In this document: piece after piece, positions 51,700-63,849 of the stretch
Numbering within the stretch: the stretch's first letter is position 1
Layout of the letters: every line of letters begins with the position of its first letter
From: Heterodontus francisci
Lineage: Eukaryota
Assembly (NCBI RefSeq): GCF_036365525.1
Contig: NW_027142279.1
Location: forward strand, 186,152-250,000
Reading direction: 5' to 3'
DNA length: 63,849 nucleotides
Made by a program: the position numbers and the translations under genes
The notes under the pieces: model-generated
What the model was told of the DNA's origin: nothing
Database searches by the model: none
The model's input: only the letters and a program-made list of their open reading frames with translations

Positions 51700-52670
51700 T
51701 TGATTGTATTTTTCGAGGAGGTGACTTGATGTGTAGATGAGGGGGAAGTAGTTGATGTCGTCTACATGGAATTCAGTAAGGCTTTTGATAAAGCCCCACA
51801 AGAGAGATTGGTTAAGAAGCTAAGAGCACATGGGATCCAGGGCAATTTGGTAAATTGGATTCAAAATTGGCTTATTGGCAGGAGGCAGAGGGTAAAGGTC
51901 GAGGGTTGTTTTTGCGAGTGGGACCCTGGGTGGTTGATGGTCGGCGCAGACTCGGTGGGCCGAAGGGCCTGTTTCGGTGCTGTAACTCTAATCTAATCTA
52001 ATCTAATCTAATAATCTGTGACCAATGGTGTACCACAGGGATCTGTGCTGGGCCCTTGCTGTTTCTGGTGCAAATTAATGATTTTGATGTGAATATAGCA
52101 GGTATTAAATATAAGTTCGCAGACAACATGAAAATTGTTGACGTTGTAAATAGTGAAGAGGGAAGCCTTAGATTTCAGGACGATATGGATGTACAGTTCT
52201 GGGCACCACACTATAGGAAAGATGTGATTGCACTGGAGAGGGTCTAGAGGAGATTCACCAGGATGTTGCATGGGATGGAACATTTCAGCTATGATGAGAG
52301 ACTGAAAAGGCTAGGGTTGTTTTATACCCAGCAGAGGAGGCTGAGGGGGGACCTGATTGAGGTATACAAAATTGTGAGGTGCACTGATAGGTCAGATAGG
52401 AAGATTTTTTTCCCTTTATAGGAGGGGCAATAACCAGGGCATAGATTTAAGGTAAGAGGCAGGAGGTTTAGAGGGAATTTGAGGAAAAAAAATTTCAACC
52501 AGAGGGTGGTTGGAATCTGGAACGCTCTGCTAAAAGAGGTGGTAGAGGCAGGAAGCATCACAACATTTAAGAAATATTTAGATGAGCACTTGAAACGCCA
52601 TAGCATACAAGACTACGGGCCAAATGCTGGAAAATGGGGCGAGAATATTTAGGTGCTTGATGGCCGGCAC
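51700..52670 (+). mobile_element. CR1 LINE RT fragments, interrupted at ~51930-52012 by a LINE/SINE 3' tail with (TCTAA)n
   Basis: EFSKAFDK..LVNWIQNWL..; KFADNMK; QFWAPHYRKDV. Confidence 0.85.
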
Positions 52671-53769
52671 TATTCGGTGGATGGGTCAATTCACTGCTGC
52701 ATTGCTTGCTCAGTCTTTTCAGAAGCAAGTGGGACTCAGGCTGCGGTGGAGCTCCATCCCCACCTCCTGGCTGTAACGTGTAACTACAGGCACCTGCGAT
52801 TTGCACATTGCAATTGATAAAATAGGCATTATGAAGACATGCTTTGCAATTGCTCCATCTTCCTCATTTTTATCCATTGCTTCAGCTGGTGACGCTGGTG
52901 ACATCGTATTAGATAGAATTTACAGCACATATTCAGGCTCGTCGGCCCGATGGGCCCATGTTTCAGACTAGTCTGGGGCAGATGGCGGTGTAGTTGTCAT
53001 GTCACTGAGCTGGTAATCCAGAGGCCGGGGGGTGGTGGTGGGGGTGGGGGGAGGCGGATTCTCCAGGGGACATGCGTTCGAATCCCACCAGGTCAGATGG
53101 CAGCATTTAAATTCTGAATCTAAGGAATTCTGGAAAATCATAGCCAGCGCCTCCACTATCTATGCAGCTATCTCTTTTAGAAATCAAGTATGTAATCCAT
53201 CTGTTCCAGGGGACTTGTCAGATTTTAAGCCCTGAAGTTTCTCCAAGACTTTTTCTCAATTGATATGAATATCCTTAATTTCCTCACTCTTCTTAGCCCC
53301 CACATTACTGTCTATTTCTGGTATGGAACTTGTGTCTTCTACTGTGAAGACAGGCACAAAATATTAGTTCAATGCCCCTGCCATTTCCCCATTCCCCATG
53401 ATAATTATTCCTGTCTTTACCTCTAAGGGACCAACGTCAACTTTAGCTACTCTCTTGCTTTTTATGTAAAAGCTCCTACCATCTGTTTTTATATTGCTGG
53501 TTAGTTTATTCTCATATTTTATTCCAACATCCGATGAAAGAACAGAAACAATGTCTTCATCCAGCCCTATCAGTATGACGTGCTATTTCCTGCTGCCGAA
53601 TGTTTTTATCCAGCATCCATTTACATAAATCTTGTTGTGGGGAGTTAGAACATGGGAGTTCTGCGATTCGAACGGTCACTGAACAGATGCAGATCCGCAT
53701 CCGATCACCCAGGGCTGCTCTTCACCGAATGCTGGGTTAAATGCATCTGTTTGAAGGGAGACATGTGAG

Positions 53770-54117
53770 GGTTTTTGTCAAGGCAGCCAATGACTCTGAA
53801 CCGCTGTGTCCCATCAGCAGCTGCACAGAAATACACCGCCTCGTCTTTGGCGTTCACACTCTCGATCGTCAGAGTGGATTTCTTATTTTCCAGAGTCCTC
53901 GTGATTGCAAATCCGCTCTTAAATCCATCTTCATATTGAGGTTCACCTGCTGCTAATGTAAACCCGATTAACAGGAATCCTCTGCCGGGGGACTGACGAT
54001 ACCAGTACATGTAGTTGCGAACTGCTCCTTCCTGCAGACAGTTCATTTCCACGGGTCCAGGTTGTTTAACAGCCAGTGACTGAGGCCATTGATGTATCAC
54101 ATCACCCCGGCAAACAC
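53770..54117 (-). CDS. TRBV: TRBV exon 53809-54117 (..VIHQWPQ..MNC..MYWYRQ..AVYFCAAADG) with 23-RSS
   Basis: ctttctag| acceptor; cacagcg-23-acaaaaacc; candidate leader 54967-55024 appears to contain a stop. Confidence 0.9.
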
Positions 54118-55329
54118 CTAGAAAGAGAAATTAGAGGGAATGAACTGGTATCGATGGAGTTACAATTGCGACGATGGACGTCGGTGTTGCACCGAATTAA
54201 CGATGGAAATTCGGTCTGTGTCCTAATTTCCTGCAAGCATCTGGATCTGTAACAACTGTAAAATAGAATTGTGGAATCCACAAGCTTGCAAGTGGGTGCA
54301 AACATTAAAGAGTTAACATCATATTAATGGCACTTGTCTTCCCGAACTGGGGGACAGATGAATGAGTTCACTTTCTGATATGAAATAATCGATTACTGAT
54401 TTAACAAGTCACCGCCGCTCAGTTTTATTAAGATCATTAATCATCCCTTTCAATTATCAAATGTAGAAGAGTGATTGGGACAGAATGTTAACCTATTCAG
54501 CGCCAGAAGGGAAATAGCAAAGAGGATGAAACTGAAAGGCATGTTTGCGGTGGATCTGAGAGACTTTCTGCAGGTTACTCTGGGTTTTAAGGGAGGGAGA
54601 GAGATGAGGTGTTGGCAGAGCGGATCGTCATAAGAGGAAGTTATCTCAAGGCAATGATCCCCGCCCCTACCTTGAAGTTGTCCCCCATTCTTTTGCTTGC
54701 TTCTTTATGCCACCGTTTCCCTCTTTATTCTCTCCCCTTGCCTCCCCCCTCGTCACTTTCTGCTCCGCTGTAAATATCCTCATTCCTATCTCTTTGTGAG
54801 CTTGCTTTCACACCGAAGCCAGGTGATCTCTGAAGGTATCGAGGTGTTGGAGAAGGGGATTTGTCCCAATCCTTTCCCTCAGACAGCATAACGGCTCCCC
54901 ACACTCCTCCTTCCACCATTTCAGCTCTGCCCTTTAAACCCCCTTTTCACCCCTCTTCTCATGTACTTGTTAATATATGGAGGCAGCAGTGAAGAGAGAG
55001 GCGAGACAATCATTGACATGGCATTATTGATAACTCAAAATGAGTTGAACTCTTCTACATTTGCAGAGAGTAGGTCGACTAATCGATGTGAATGGTATGT
55101 CATTTATTTAACGTCATGAAGTAAAGAATAGAGGCAGGTAGGTTAGTGGATGATAGATCGATAGACAGGTTGCAGACAGGTGGATGAGTGAAATGTATGT
55201 ACAGATGCAGACAGACAGTTGTGTGTTTAGATAGACAGATTGATAAAGAGACATGCAAGGAGACAGACAGACTCACAGGCAGACAGAGAGACAGATCACT
55301 CTGCCACAGTTAATTCCTGTCTCCTTTGG

Positions 55330-56257
55330 GTTTTTTGTTGAACTGCTGTATTTCTCTGAGTCACTGTGTAAACTCCAGGCACAGTAATACACGGCTGAGT
55401 GATTCTCCCACAGGCCGGAGGACTCCAGGTAAAAGTGAGTGCTGTCAGGTCTCCTGGCGGTGAAACCGTCCACCTCACCGGAGGGGGTGACCATGTCGAT
55501 GTAGTTAGAATAGAAAAGGTCCTGAGGCTCACTGTCAGGGTGCCATCGGTACCAGTAGAAATACGAGTCAGCTGCTGCTTCAGTGCAAATGCACTCGTTG
55601 CTGACTGGAGATCCTGGGGAATGGGATATAGAAGGGGGAATCTGTTGGATCAGCACGGCTCCAACATCTGTAAAACACAAAGTGAGCAGAGAGGTGTTAA
55701 GAATGATACCCCATGAAGGGGCAAAGGAATGGAGAGGTGGGAGTATGTGTGAGAGAGAGACAGAGAGAGAGAGATTCGTGTTATAAAGACAGAAAAATAG
55801 AGAGGGAGAAAGAGTGAGTGAGAGAAAATGAGACATGCAGAAAGAGAGAGAGAGAGCATGACAGAAAGTTAAAGGTAAAACCAAGGGTAATCGATAGGAC
55901 AAAGAAAGGTAAAGAGTGAGAGAAAGAGAGAGAGAGAGAGAGAAGAAAGCAGACAAGGACAGAGAGAGTGAGAAACGGACAAAAGGAGAGTCAGACTAGA
56001 AAAAGAAAGAAAAAAGAGGATAGGGAGAGAGAAAGTGTGACAAAGAGAGGAAGAAAAAGAGAGAGATAGACCGAATGATATATAAACCGATGCAGAGAGA
56101 ATCTACACAGCCAAACGGTGTTAATAAACCTCGGAGGGGGTTAAACCCCAAAGGGGACATTCGGGGAAGGATCAGTGAGGATCACTGACATCTCCCAGTT
56201 CAGTTCCACCTTACCCCTTAACACCAGCAACACAACCCAGAGGTGAGACACAGTCAT
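55330..56257 (-). CDS. TRBV: TRBV gene: leader 56215-56257 MTVSHLWVVLLVLR; V exon 55369-55667 ..IQQIP..ECIC..FYWYRW..AVYYCAWSL; 23-RSS 55330-55368
   Basis: cacagtg-23-acaaaaaac; canonical splice sites. Confidence 0.92.
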
Positions 56258-58316
56258 CTCTGGAGGGAGACAGATCCATGTGTTCATTGTGTGAAATCAC
56301 TGAGCTGTTTTATTGCGGAATCTCTCAATGTTCTGAGTGGGATTTACTGTCCCCTCCTCCCCACTGTTAAATGGTCGGATGGGAGGAGCAAATCTCTTTG
56401 TACTTGTTCATTGTCTCCCACAAGGGGACTGAACTTATCTGGGGCGGGGTTAAACCAGGACCTGAGTAATCGGCCGGGCTGTGTCCTCCCATTGATGGCG
56501 GGGTCTGGAGTTACTTTAACACTGCTGCAACTCAGAGGATCCCTCTGAGATAGCAGTGATGTGAGGGGAGGAAAGGGGAGTTACACTGTTTGTCTGTCAT
56601 CCTGATCTAACCAGTGAATGGGAGATTTTACTCTGCACCTTATTGCTCGGTGATGGGTTTGCCTCTGTACCTAATCAATGCGTGATAGGCTTAATGCTGT
56701 ATCGAATCGGTATGTGATGGGATTGACTTTGTGGAAACTTCCTCTGTAAATCTACCCTATCAATCAGTTCCACCATCTTATAGTATTCTCAGTGTGTCTC
56801 TCTGCTTCCCCCTGTCACATTAGCCCAGTCTGAGCCCAGCCTGTTGTGAGGGTTTTTGTTTTAGGAAATTTAGGAAATTGGGTCTTTGACCGAATTTCCT
56901 ACGAGAACCTGGATCTATAAAACTGTAAAATAAACTAATGGAATCTACATGCTTGCAAGTGGGTGGAATAATTAAAGTGTTAACATCTTATTAGTAACAC
57001 TTGGGCACCCAAACTAGGGAACAGGTTAAAGACTTCACTATCTGATATTAAATGATTGATTGCTGATTTCACAGTTTTATTGAGATCATTAATCAGTTGA
57101 TCAAATGTAGAAGAGTGATTGGGACAGAATTTTAACCTACTCAGCGCCAGAAGGAAAATAGCAAAGGTGATGAAGTTGAAAGGGATGTTTGGTGCGGATC
57201 TGAGACACTTTCTGCTGGTTACTCTGGTTTAAGGGTAAGAGGCAGTTGTAGTACCCCTAGTGCAGAACGTCATTGAGATGGTCCCCGCCCCTACTTTTTA
57301 AGTTGTCCCCCATTCTTTTGTTTGCTTCCTTCCGCCCCTTTCCACTTGTTTCTTCTCTCCATTCCCCCCCCCCCCCTTGCACCCCACTTTCTACTCTGCT
57401 GCAAATATCTTCACAAGCCTTTGTGAGCTTGCTTTCATGCCGAGGCGAGGGGAATTCTGAAGGTAGCGAGGTGTTGGAGAGGGTAGGTGAAAAAAACAAG
57501 GGGCGGTGCAACGATAGCTGCTTTGGGTGACTCCAGAGGTTATGGTGCAGAACAGGCGATTATTCACATCCTTTTGCAAATTAAAATCAGTAGTGGAGGA
57601 AAAGAAGGTGGATAGTTCGATGGCCTCGGAGGCGGCTCATATAACATCACTGTAAAGTGGAAATCGAACTGCGTTTAGCCTTTAAAGTGAAAAGATTGCA
57701 GAAGCAGAGGAATTGACTCATTGATCAGCGGCGCCAAAGCCTGTGGTGGCGCGAAATATAGTGGAGCCACTGCGCCGACCAGTGGCAGCATGGCGCAACT
57801 GCAACAAGCTGTGTTTGTTACTTTCCCAGTGAAACCCATGCTGTGGGCTTCTTCAAGTCACTTCCCGAAATTCATCCTCCTTCTCAGTGTTTCATCCTCT
57901 CCTGCAGAGGATTATTACCCGCAGAATTAACGATACAAATTCAGTCTTTGTCCTAATTTCCTTCCAGTATCTGAACAGATGTAAAGCAGAATAGTGAAAT
58001 CTACATGAGTAGAAGTGGGTGTAGATATTATATGGTTAACAGTATATTCTTCACAATTTTGTTGCCAAAAAAGGTTGAACAGATTAATGAGTTCACTATC
58101 TTATATTCAATAATTGATTGCTGATTTCACAAGTCACCGCCGCACAGTCTTGTTGAGCTCATTAAGCAGTTGATCAAATGTAAAACAGTAATTGTGCCAG
58201 AATTTAAACATACTCAGCGACAGAAGGAAAATAGTAAACGTCGATGAAATTGAATGGCATGTTTGCGGCGGATCTAAGACACTTTCTGCTGGTTGCTCTG
58301 GATTTAAGGGAGCGAA

Positions 58317-59930
58317 GCTGAGGGAGGAATCATTAATGGGATTAGCATCCATGAAAGTTGATAAATCACCAGGGCAGGATGAAATGAATCCTAGGCTGCA
58401 AAAAGAAGCAAGAGAAGATATAGCAGAGGATCTGACCATCTTTTTGCAGTCCTCACTGATTACAGGTGTGGTGCCGGAGGATTGGAGAATTGTTAACGTT
58501 GTGTCTCCGTCTAAAAAGGGAGAGAAGGATAGACTGACTAATTACAGGCCAGTCAGTCTGACCTCAGCAGTGAGCAAATTATTGCAATCTATTCTGGGAG
58601 ACAGGATAAACTGTCACTTAGAAAGGCACAGATTAATCCAGGATAGTCAGCATAGATTTGTTAAGGGATGAACTTGTTTGATCAATTCGATCGAATTTTT
58701 TGAAGAAGTAACAAGGAAGATAGATGAGGGTAGTGCAGTTGACGTGGTCTACCTGGATTTTAGCAAGGCTTTTGAAAAGGCTGCACATGGCAGACTGGTT
58801 AAAAAAAACAAAATCCCATGGGATCCAGGGAAATGCAGCAAGGTGGATACAAAATTGGCTCAGTGGCAGGAAACAAAGGGTAATTGTTGATGGTTGTTTT
58901 AGCGACTGGAGGGCTGTTTGCAGTGGCGTTGCACAGGGCTCAGTATTGGGTTCCCTGCTTTTTGTGGTATTTATTAACGATTTGGATGTAAATGTAGGGG
59001 GGCATAATCCAAATGTATGTAGACAACACAAGGATTAGCCGTGTGGTAGATCGCATGGAGGATTGGTGTAGGCTGCAGGAAGATATTGATGGTCTTGTCA
59101 GATGGGCAGAAGAGTGGCAAATGGAATCCAACTTGGAGAGGTGTGAGGTGATGCATTTGGGGTGGTCAAACAAGGCAAAGGAATACACGATTAATGGGAA
59201 AATACTGAGAAGTGCAGAGGAAGTGAGGGACCTTGGAGTGAATGTCTACAGATCACTGAAGGTAGCAGGACAGGTCGATAAGGTGGTTAAGAAGGCATAT
59301 GGAATCCGTTCCTTTATTAGCTGAGGTACAGAATACAAGAGCAGGGAGGTTATGCTGGAACTGTATCACTCATTGGTTGGGCCACAACTTGAGTACTGTG
59401 TGCAGTTCTGGTCACCTCATTGCAGAAAGAATGTAATTGCACTAGAGAGGGTACAGAGGGGATTTACGAGGATGTTGCCAGAACTGGAAAATGGAGCTAT
59501 GCGGAAAGATTGGATAGGCTGGGGTTGTTCTCCTTGGAACAGAGAAAGCTGAGGGGAGGTCTGTTTGAAATGTGCAAAATATTGAAGGGGCCTGGATAGA
59601 GTGGAGGTGAAGGGTCTATTCATCTTGGCAGAGAGATCAGTGACGAGGGGGAAGAGATATAATGTGATTGGTAGAAGAATTAGAGGGGAGATAAGGAAAG
59701 CCTTAGAGGGTAGTGGGTGTCAGGTACTCACTGCCTGAAAGGGTAGTTGAGGCAGACACTCTCAACTCATTCAAAGGAGTCTGGATATGCACCTCAAGTG
59801 CTGTAATCTGCAGGGCTATGGACCAAATGCTGGAAGGTGTGATATGAATAGGTGGATTGTTTTTCGGCCGCCACCGACACGATGGGCCAAGTGGCCTCTT
59901 GCTGTTCCTTAAACTTTCTATGATTCTATT
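58317..59930 (+). mobile_element. CR1/HER LINE, about 1.6 kb decayed ORF2 (RT)
   Basis: KSPGQD..PEDWRIVNV..NYRPVSLTS; YLDFSKAF; QGSVLG; QFWSPH; frameshifts and stops. Confidence 0.93.
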
Positions 59931-60069
59931 GGAGTGATAGAGTGTGTGTGAAAGTGCCAAGGAATGAGCGAGAGACATAGTGCGAGATAGAATCAGAGAG
60001 GATGATATGGTGAAAAACAGATAGAGTAAAAGAGAGGCAGTGATAGAGATAGATGGAGAAAGGGAGAAA

Positions 60070-60394
60070 AAGATCTCTGTCTGTTTATCTATATAGCTAT
60101 CTATCTATCTCTGTAGCTATCTGTCTATCTTTATCTCTATCTATCCAGCTGCATGGCTGTGTGTCTGTCTGTCTATCTGTGTCAATTTGTCTTTCTATCT
60201 GTATGAATCCATCTGTCTGTCTTCATATCTACCTATCTTTTGTCTGTCTGTCTTCATATCGACCTATCTGCATATCTGTCTGTCTAACAATCTATTTGAC
60301 TATTTGTCCATCTATCTGTCTACCTATCTGTCTGTCTATCTATCAATCTGTCTACACATCTGTATTTCTATCTATCTATCTGCCTGACTGTCTG

Positions 60395-60466
<72 letters not shown>

Positions 60467-60510
60467 ATGTCTGCCTGTCTGCCTTCCTAGCTATCTATCT
60501 GCCTGTCTAT
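60070..60510. repeat. (TCTA/TCTG)n repeat
   Basis: Direct reading. Confidence 0.9.
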
Positions 60511-60814
60511 GCTGCCTATGGCATGGTACTGTACACCAGTTGGCTTCCGTGTTTTAAGTACACTGCTATCTGAAATTACCTAGCAAACCCTTCAGTTATC
60601 TACAAGGCAACACACACCTTCTCCAGGGCAATGAGTGATGTTGAATAACTACTGGCCTTCTCAGAGGGACCCAGCTCCCCAGAATGAATTTTAAAAAATC
60701 AAAGCAAGAGAAGAAGTTGCAGAGGATCTGACTATCATTTTCCAGTTCTTAATTGGCTGTTAACTGTTTTGGGGCGTCTTGAAGTCCTGGAAGACCTGAT
60801 ATAATTGTTTTTTC

Positions 60815-61350
60815 TTATTCGTTCATGGGACGTGAATTTCTTTCGCAAGACCAGCAATTGTTTGCCCTTGAGAAGGTGGTGATGAGCTGCTTTCTTGAAA
60901 CACTGCAGTCCATGTAGGGTAGGTACACCCACAGTGCTGTTAGGAAGGGAGTTCCATGATTTTTACCCAGTGACAGTGAAGAAACGGCGATATAGTTCCA
61001 AGTCAGGATGGTGTGTTGCTTGGAGGGGAACTTGCAGGTGGTGGTGTTCCCATGAGTCTACTGCCCTTGTCCATCTGGTGGTAGAGTTGGTGGGCTTGGA
61101 AGGTGCTGTCTAAGGACACTCGATGCGTTGCTGTAGTGCATCTTGGAGATGGAACACACTGCTGCCACTGTGGTGAAGGGAGTGAGTGTTGAAGGTGGTA
61201 GATGGGGTACTGAACAACCGGGCTGCTTTGTCCTGGATGGTGTTGAGCTTCCTGAGTGTTGTTGGAGCTGCATCCATCCAGGTAGGTGGAGAGTATTCCA
61301 TCACATTCCTGACTTGTGCCTTGTAGATGATTGATACTCTATCCATCACT
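60815..61350 (-). mobile_element. CR1-like LINE 3' fragment
   Basis: IYKAQVRNVMEYSPPTWMDAAPTTLRKL..; FKKAAHHHLLKG. Confidence 0.8.
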
Positions 61351-61691
61351 TCACAATGGTGATGTAAACTATCTGTCTTATTTACATCATTAATTAACCT
61401 TTTAATTAATCAAGTATAGGACAGAGACTGTGACTCAGTTTTAACATACTCAGTGCCAGAAATTAAACAGTGTAGACGAGGACTTTGAAATTTTGCAGGG
61501 GATCTGAGACACATCTCTCTCTTTCCTTCTCTCTCTTCCTCATACCTTCTGTCATTCCCTGTCATTCAGCCCTTGATGAAGGTTCTGGAATCCGGGAATC
61601 ACCAGCTTGGAAAACGGCCGGTGAGGCAGGGAGAGACATTAACCATTGTCACTGCTCCTGTATGTCAGTCAGTTGTTTTGTTCACCCTGTT

Positions 61692-62543
61692 GGTTTTTGT
61701 ACTGGCACGAAGGCAGTCTGCAGTGCTGTGCTCCCTGGCTGCACAGTAATACACCGCCGCATCCGCAGCCTTAACCTTGAGGACCCTCAGGCTGCATCGT
61801 TTGTCCTCGGGCCTTAAAATCTTCACCTCCTCTTCAAATTTTCCTTCGTACGTGGGTGAGCTTCCAGTGTAAGAATAGCCCATTAGGGTGAGCTCCTGCC
61901 CGGCATACTGCCGATACCACAGCATAACGCTCTTACTACTGTCATTCTGGTAACAGTTTAATTCTGCTGGTTCGCCTCCCTTCACTGCCACCAGAGTTGG
62001 CCAATGGTGTATCACCTCTGCTAGAGTTCTGCCTTGAGAAATAAGGAGAATAGTTTAAAAAGTTTAGAACATATTGTGACATATGATAACCAACTATTAC
62101 TATACAAATAGATAATTAGATAATACTAGATAACTATATAGGCAGACAATATATAGTTAAATGATATATTTGTAGATATATAGATAATAAACAGATAGAT
62201 ATAGAGATTGAAAAATAATGTAGCAAGTGATACGAGACAGACAAATTAACCCAGAATTTGGGCAAACTTATCGGTTAAAGATAGCTGTAGTAGCTTCACG
62301 ATATATAAGTAAATTTTATTGTCAAAAAATTCATGAAGCCAATATTATTTACAGGTAAAGTAAAGTATGTAGTTTAAGAAATGACAGAAAATCGACTGCA
62401 ATGATGTTTTATCAATCTAGTTTGATAGAAGTTAGCAGTGAATGAAAACACAGCATGTATTTTAGCACAGGTATCTTTATGAAGGATGAATACCTACATG
62501 GAAGAAGAGAGCAGACGATTAGGAAGAGTTTGACTAACTGCAT
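61692..62543 (-). CDS. TRBV: TRBV gene: leader 62498-62543 MQLVKLFLIVCSLLP; V exon 61731-62032 ..VIHHWP..LNC..MLWYRQ..AVYYCAARE; 23-RSS 61692-61730
   Basis: cacagca-23-acaaaaacc; canonical splice sites. Confidence 0.93.
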
Positions 62544-63749
62544 CCTGCAGACTGGGGGCTGAATCTGTTCATTAACTAATATCAGGCGGCTGAAGATAAA
62601 GCAGAGAGTGGAAATGACAGCACTGGAAGCAGGGTTTCCTTCTGACCCCTCACTTCTGGGTATGACAGAATAATAACACCCCCTGGTCGGAAGGAGCTTG
62701 AATAAGGAACTGCTTCCCGCCTGTATCTGGCTCTCGTTGCTTGTGTCTGATTGGTGTTGTATAGGGTAGCTCTTTCGAACAGCTGGGCCAGGCTCGATGG
62801 GCTGAATGGCCTCGGCTCTGCTGTATGATTTTATAAATATATAAGACACATCAAGTTGCTTCTTTGTATTAGGCAGATAAAGATTTATTTCCCCTGGGCT
62901 AAACGACAATTCAAGGGTTATGTTTTACATTGGGGTGAAATGTTAGATACTTTGAAAAGCGACAATGTCATGAAGAAGTGGGTTAACTGTTTTAACCAGA
63001 TGCTCAAACCGCCGTCAGGAGGCAGGTGTTCTAGTGAGAGACCTATCTGGGGAGGTGTCTCACTTTTGCATTGCATGAATCATTGGGGACATGTACAACA
63101 GGGAGCTATGTGTAACTCTTGTCACATACCACAGACAGCTCATTCAACAGGACCATGAACCCATTTACCCCACCTCGGAATCTGTTCTTTACAGGTAGAG
63201 GCTGCCTTAACGAGAAGGATCTGAGCACATTGCTGCAGCATTGTTAATAATTCATAATGTATTGATGTACTCTGTGTCGAAGGAGAGCAAGAAGATGAAA
63301 CTGTGAGAGACAGAGATGACAAATATATATATATGATCGAGATAAATAGATAGATAAATGGTGCAAATAACCATAAATGGACAGCTAGATCGNNNNNNNN
63401 NNNNNNNNNNNNNNNNNNNNNNNNNNNNNNNNNNNNNNNNNNNNNNNNNNNNNNNNNNNNNNNNNNNNNNNNNNNNNNNNNNNNNNNNNNNNNNNNNNNN
63501 NNNNNNNNNNNNNNNNNNNNNNNNNNNNNNNNNTAGACACAGATAGATTTATAGATAGATTGATAGACACATAGATAGATAGAAAGATAGATAGACATAG
63601 ATAGATACAGATCGATAGACAGATAGACAGATAGATAGATGCAGAGACGCACAAAGAGACACAGAAACTCGCAGATAGTCCGAGAGACAGAAAGACACTG
63701 AGATAGACAGACAGGTTTATCTCCCACAAGTGCTTTCCTCCTCCTTTAG

Positions 63750-63849
63750 AGTTTTTGCTGAACTCCGGCGCCTTTCTGAGTCACTGTGCTGACTCCAGGC
63801 ACAGTAATACACGGCTGATTGATTCGCCCACAGGCTGGAGGACTCCAGG
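63750..63849 (-). CDS. TRBV: TRBV 3' end (LESSSLWANQSAVYYCAWSQ, 63789-63849) with 23-RSS; cut off by the window end
   Basis: cacagtg-23-gcaaaaact; same family as the V at 55369. Confidence 0.9.

Noticed and set aside
58192-59552. Active reverse transcriptase gene
   Set aside because: Fragmented by stops and frameshifts; decayed, 5'-truncated CR1 LINE
12474-63849. Immunoglobulin cluster, NAR-TCR or TCR delta/gamma identity for the main locus
   Set aside because: C domain signature, single-Lys TM, 4-exon C, GGGACAG D cores and V23-12D23-12J RSS layout all indicate TRB; no IgH-like or NAR-type V seen

Overview
Vertebrate genomic DNA, repeat-rich and with N-gaps, containing the 3' part of a cartilaginous-fish T-cell receptor beta (TRB) locus on the minus strand. 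The shark assignment rests on an HE1-type SINE, CR1/HER LINEs, and a C region resembling horn-shark TCR-beta as I recall it (not database-checked). In transcription order (high to low coordinates) the locus has 5 V segments with 23-RSS (one cut off by the window end), D1 (GGGACAGCAGGGA) followed by 10 J-like segments, D2 (GGGACAGGGGGGA) followed by 17 J-like segments, and a single 4-exon C gene (15618-12474). The most notable observation is about 8 kb beyond TRBC on the PLUS strand: three small exons (3010-3027, 3207-3316, 4626-4658) not captured by the ORF track. They encode a connecting peptide with Cys, a TCR-type transmembrane segment (TY..LI.KS) and a tail ending KSFD*. This looks like the 3' half of a second, highly divergent TCR-beta-like constant gene lying tail-to-tail with TRBC, with a candidate enhancer between them. 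All coordinates were hand-counted; repeat boundaries are approximate.
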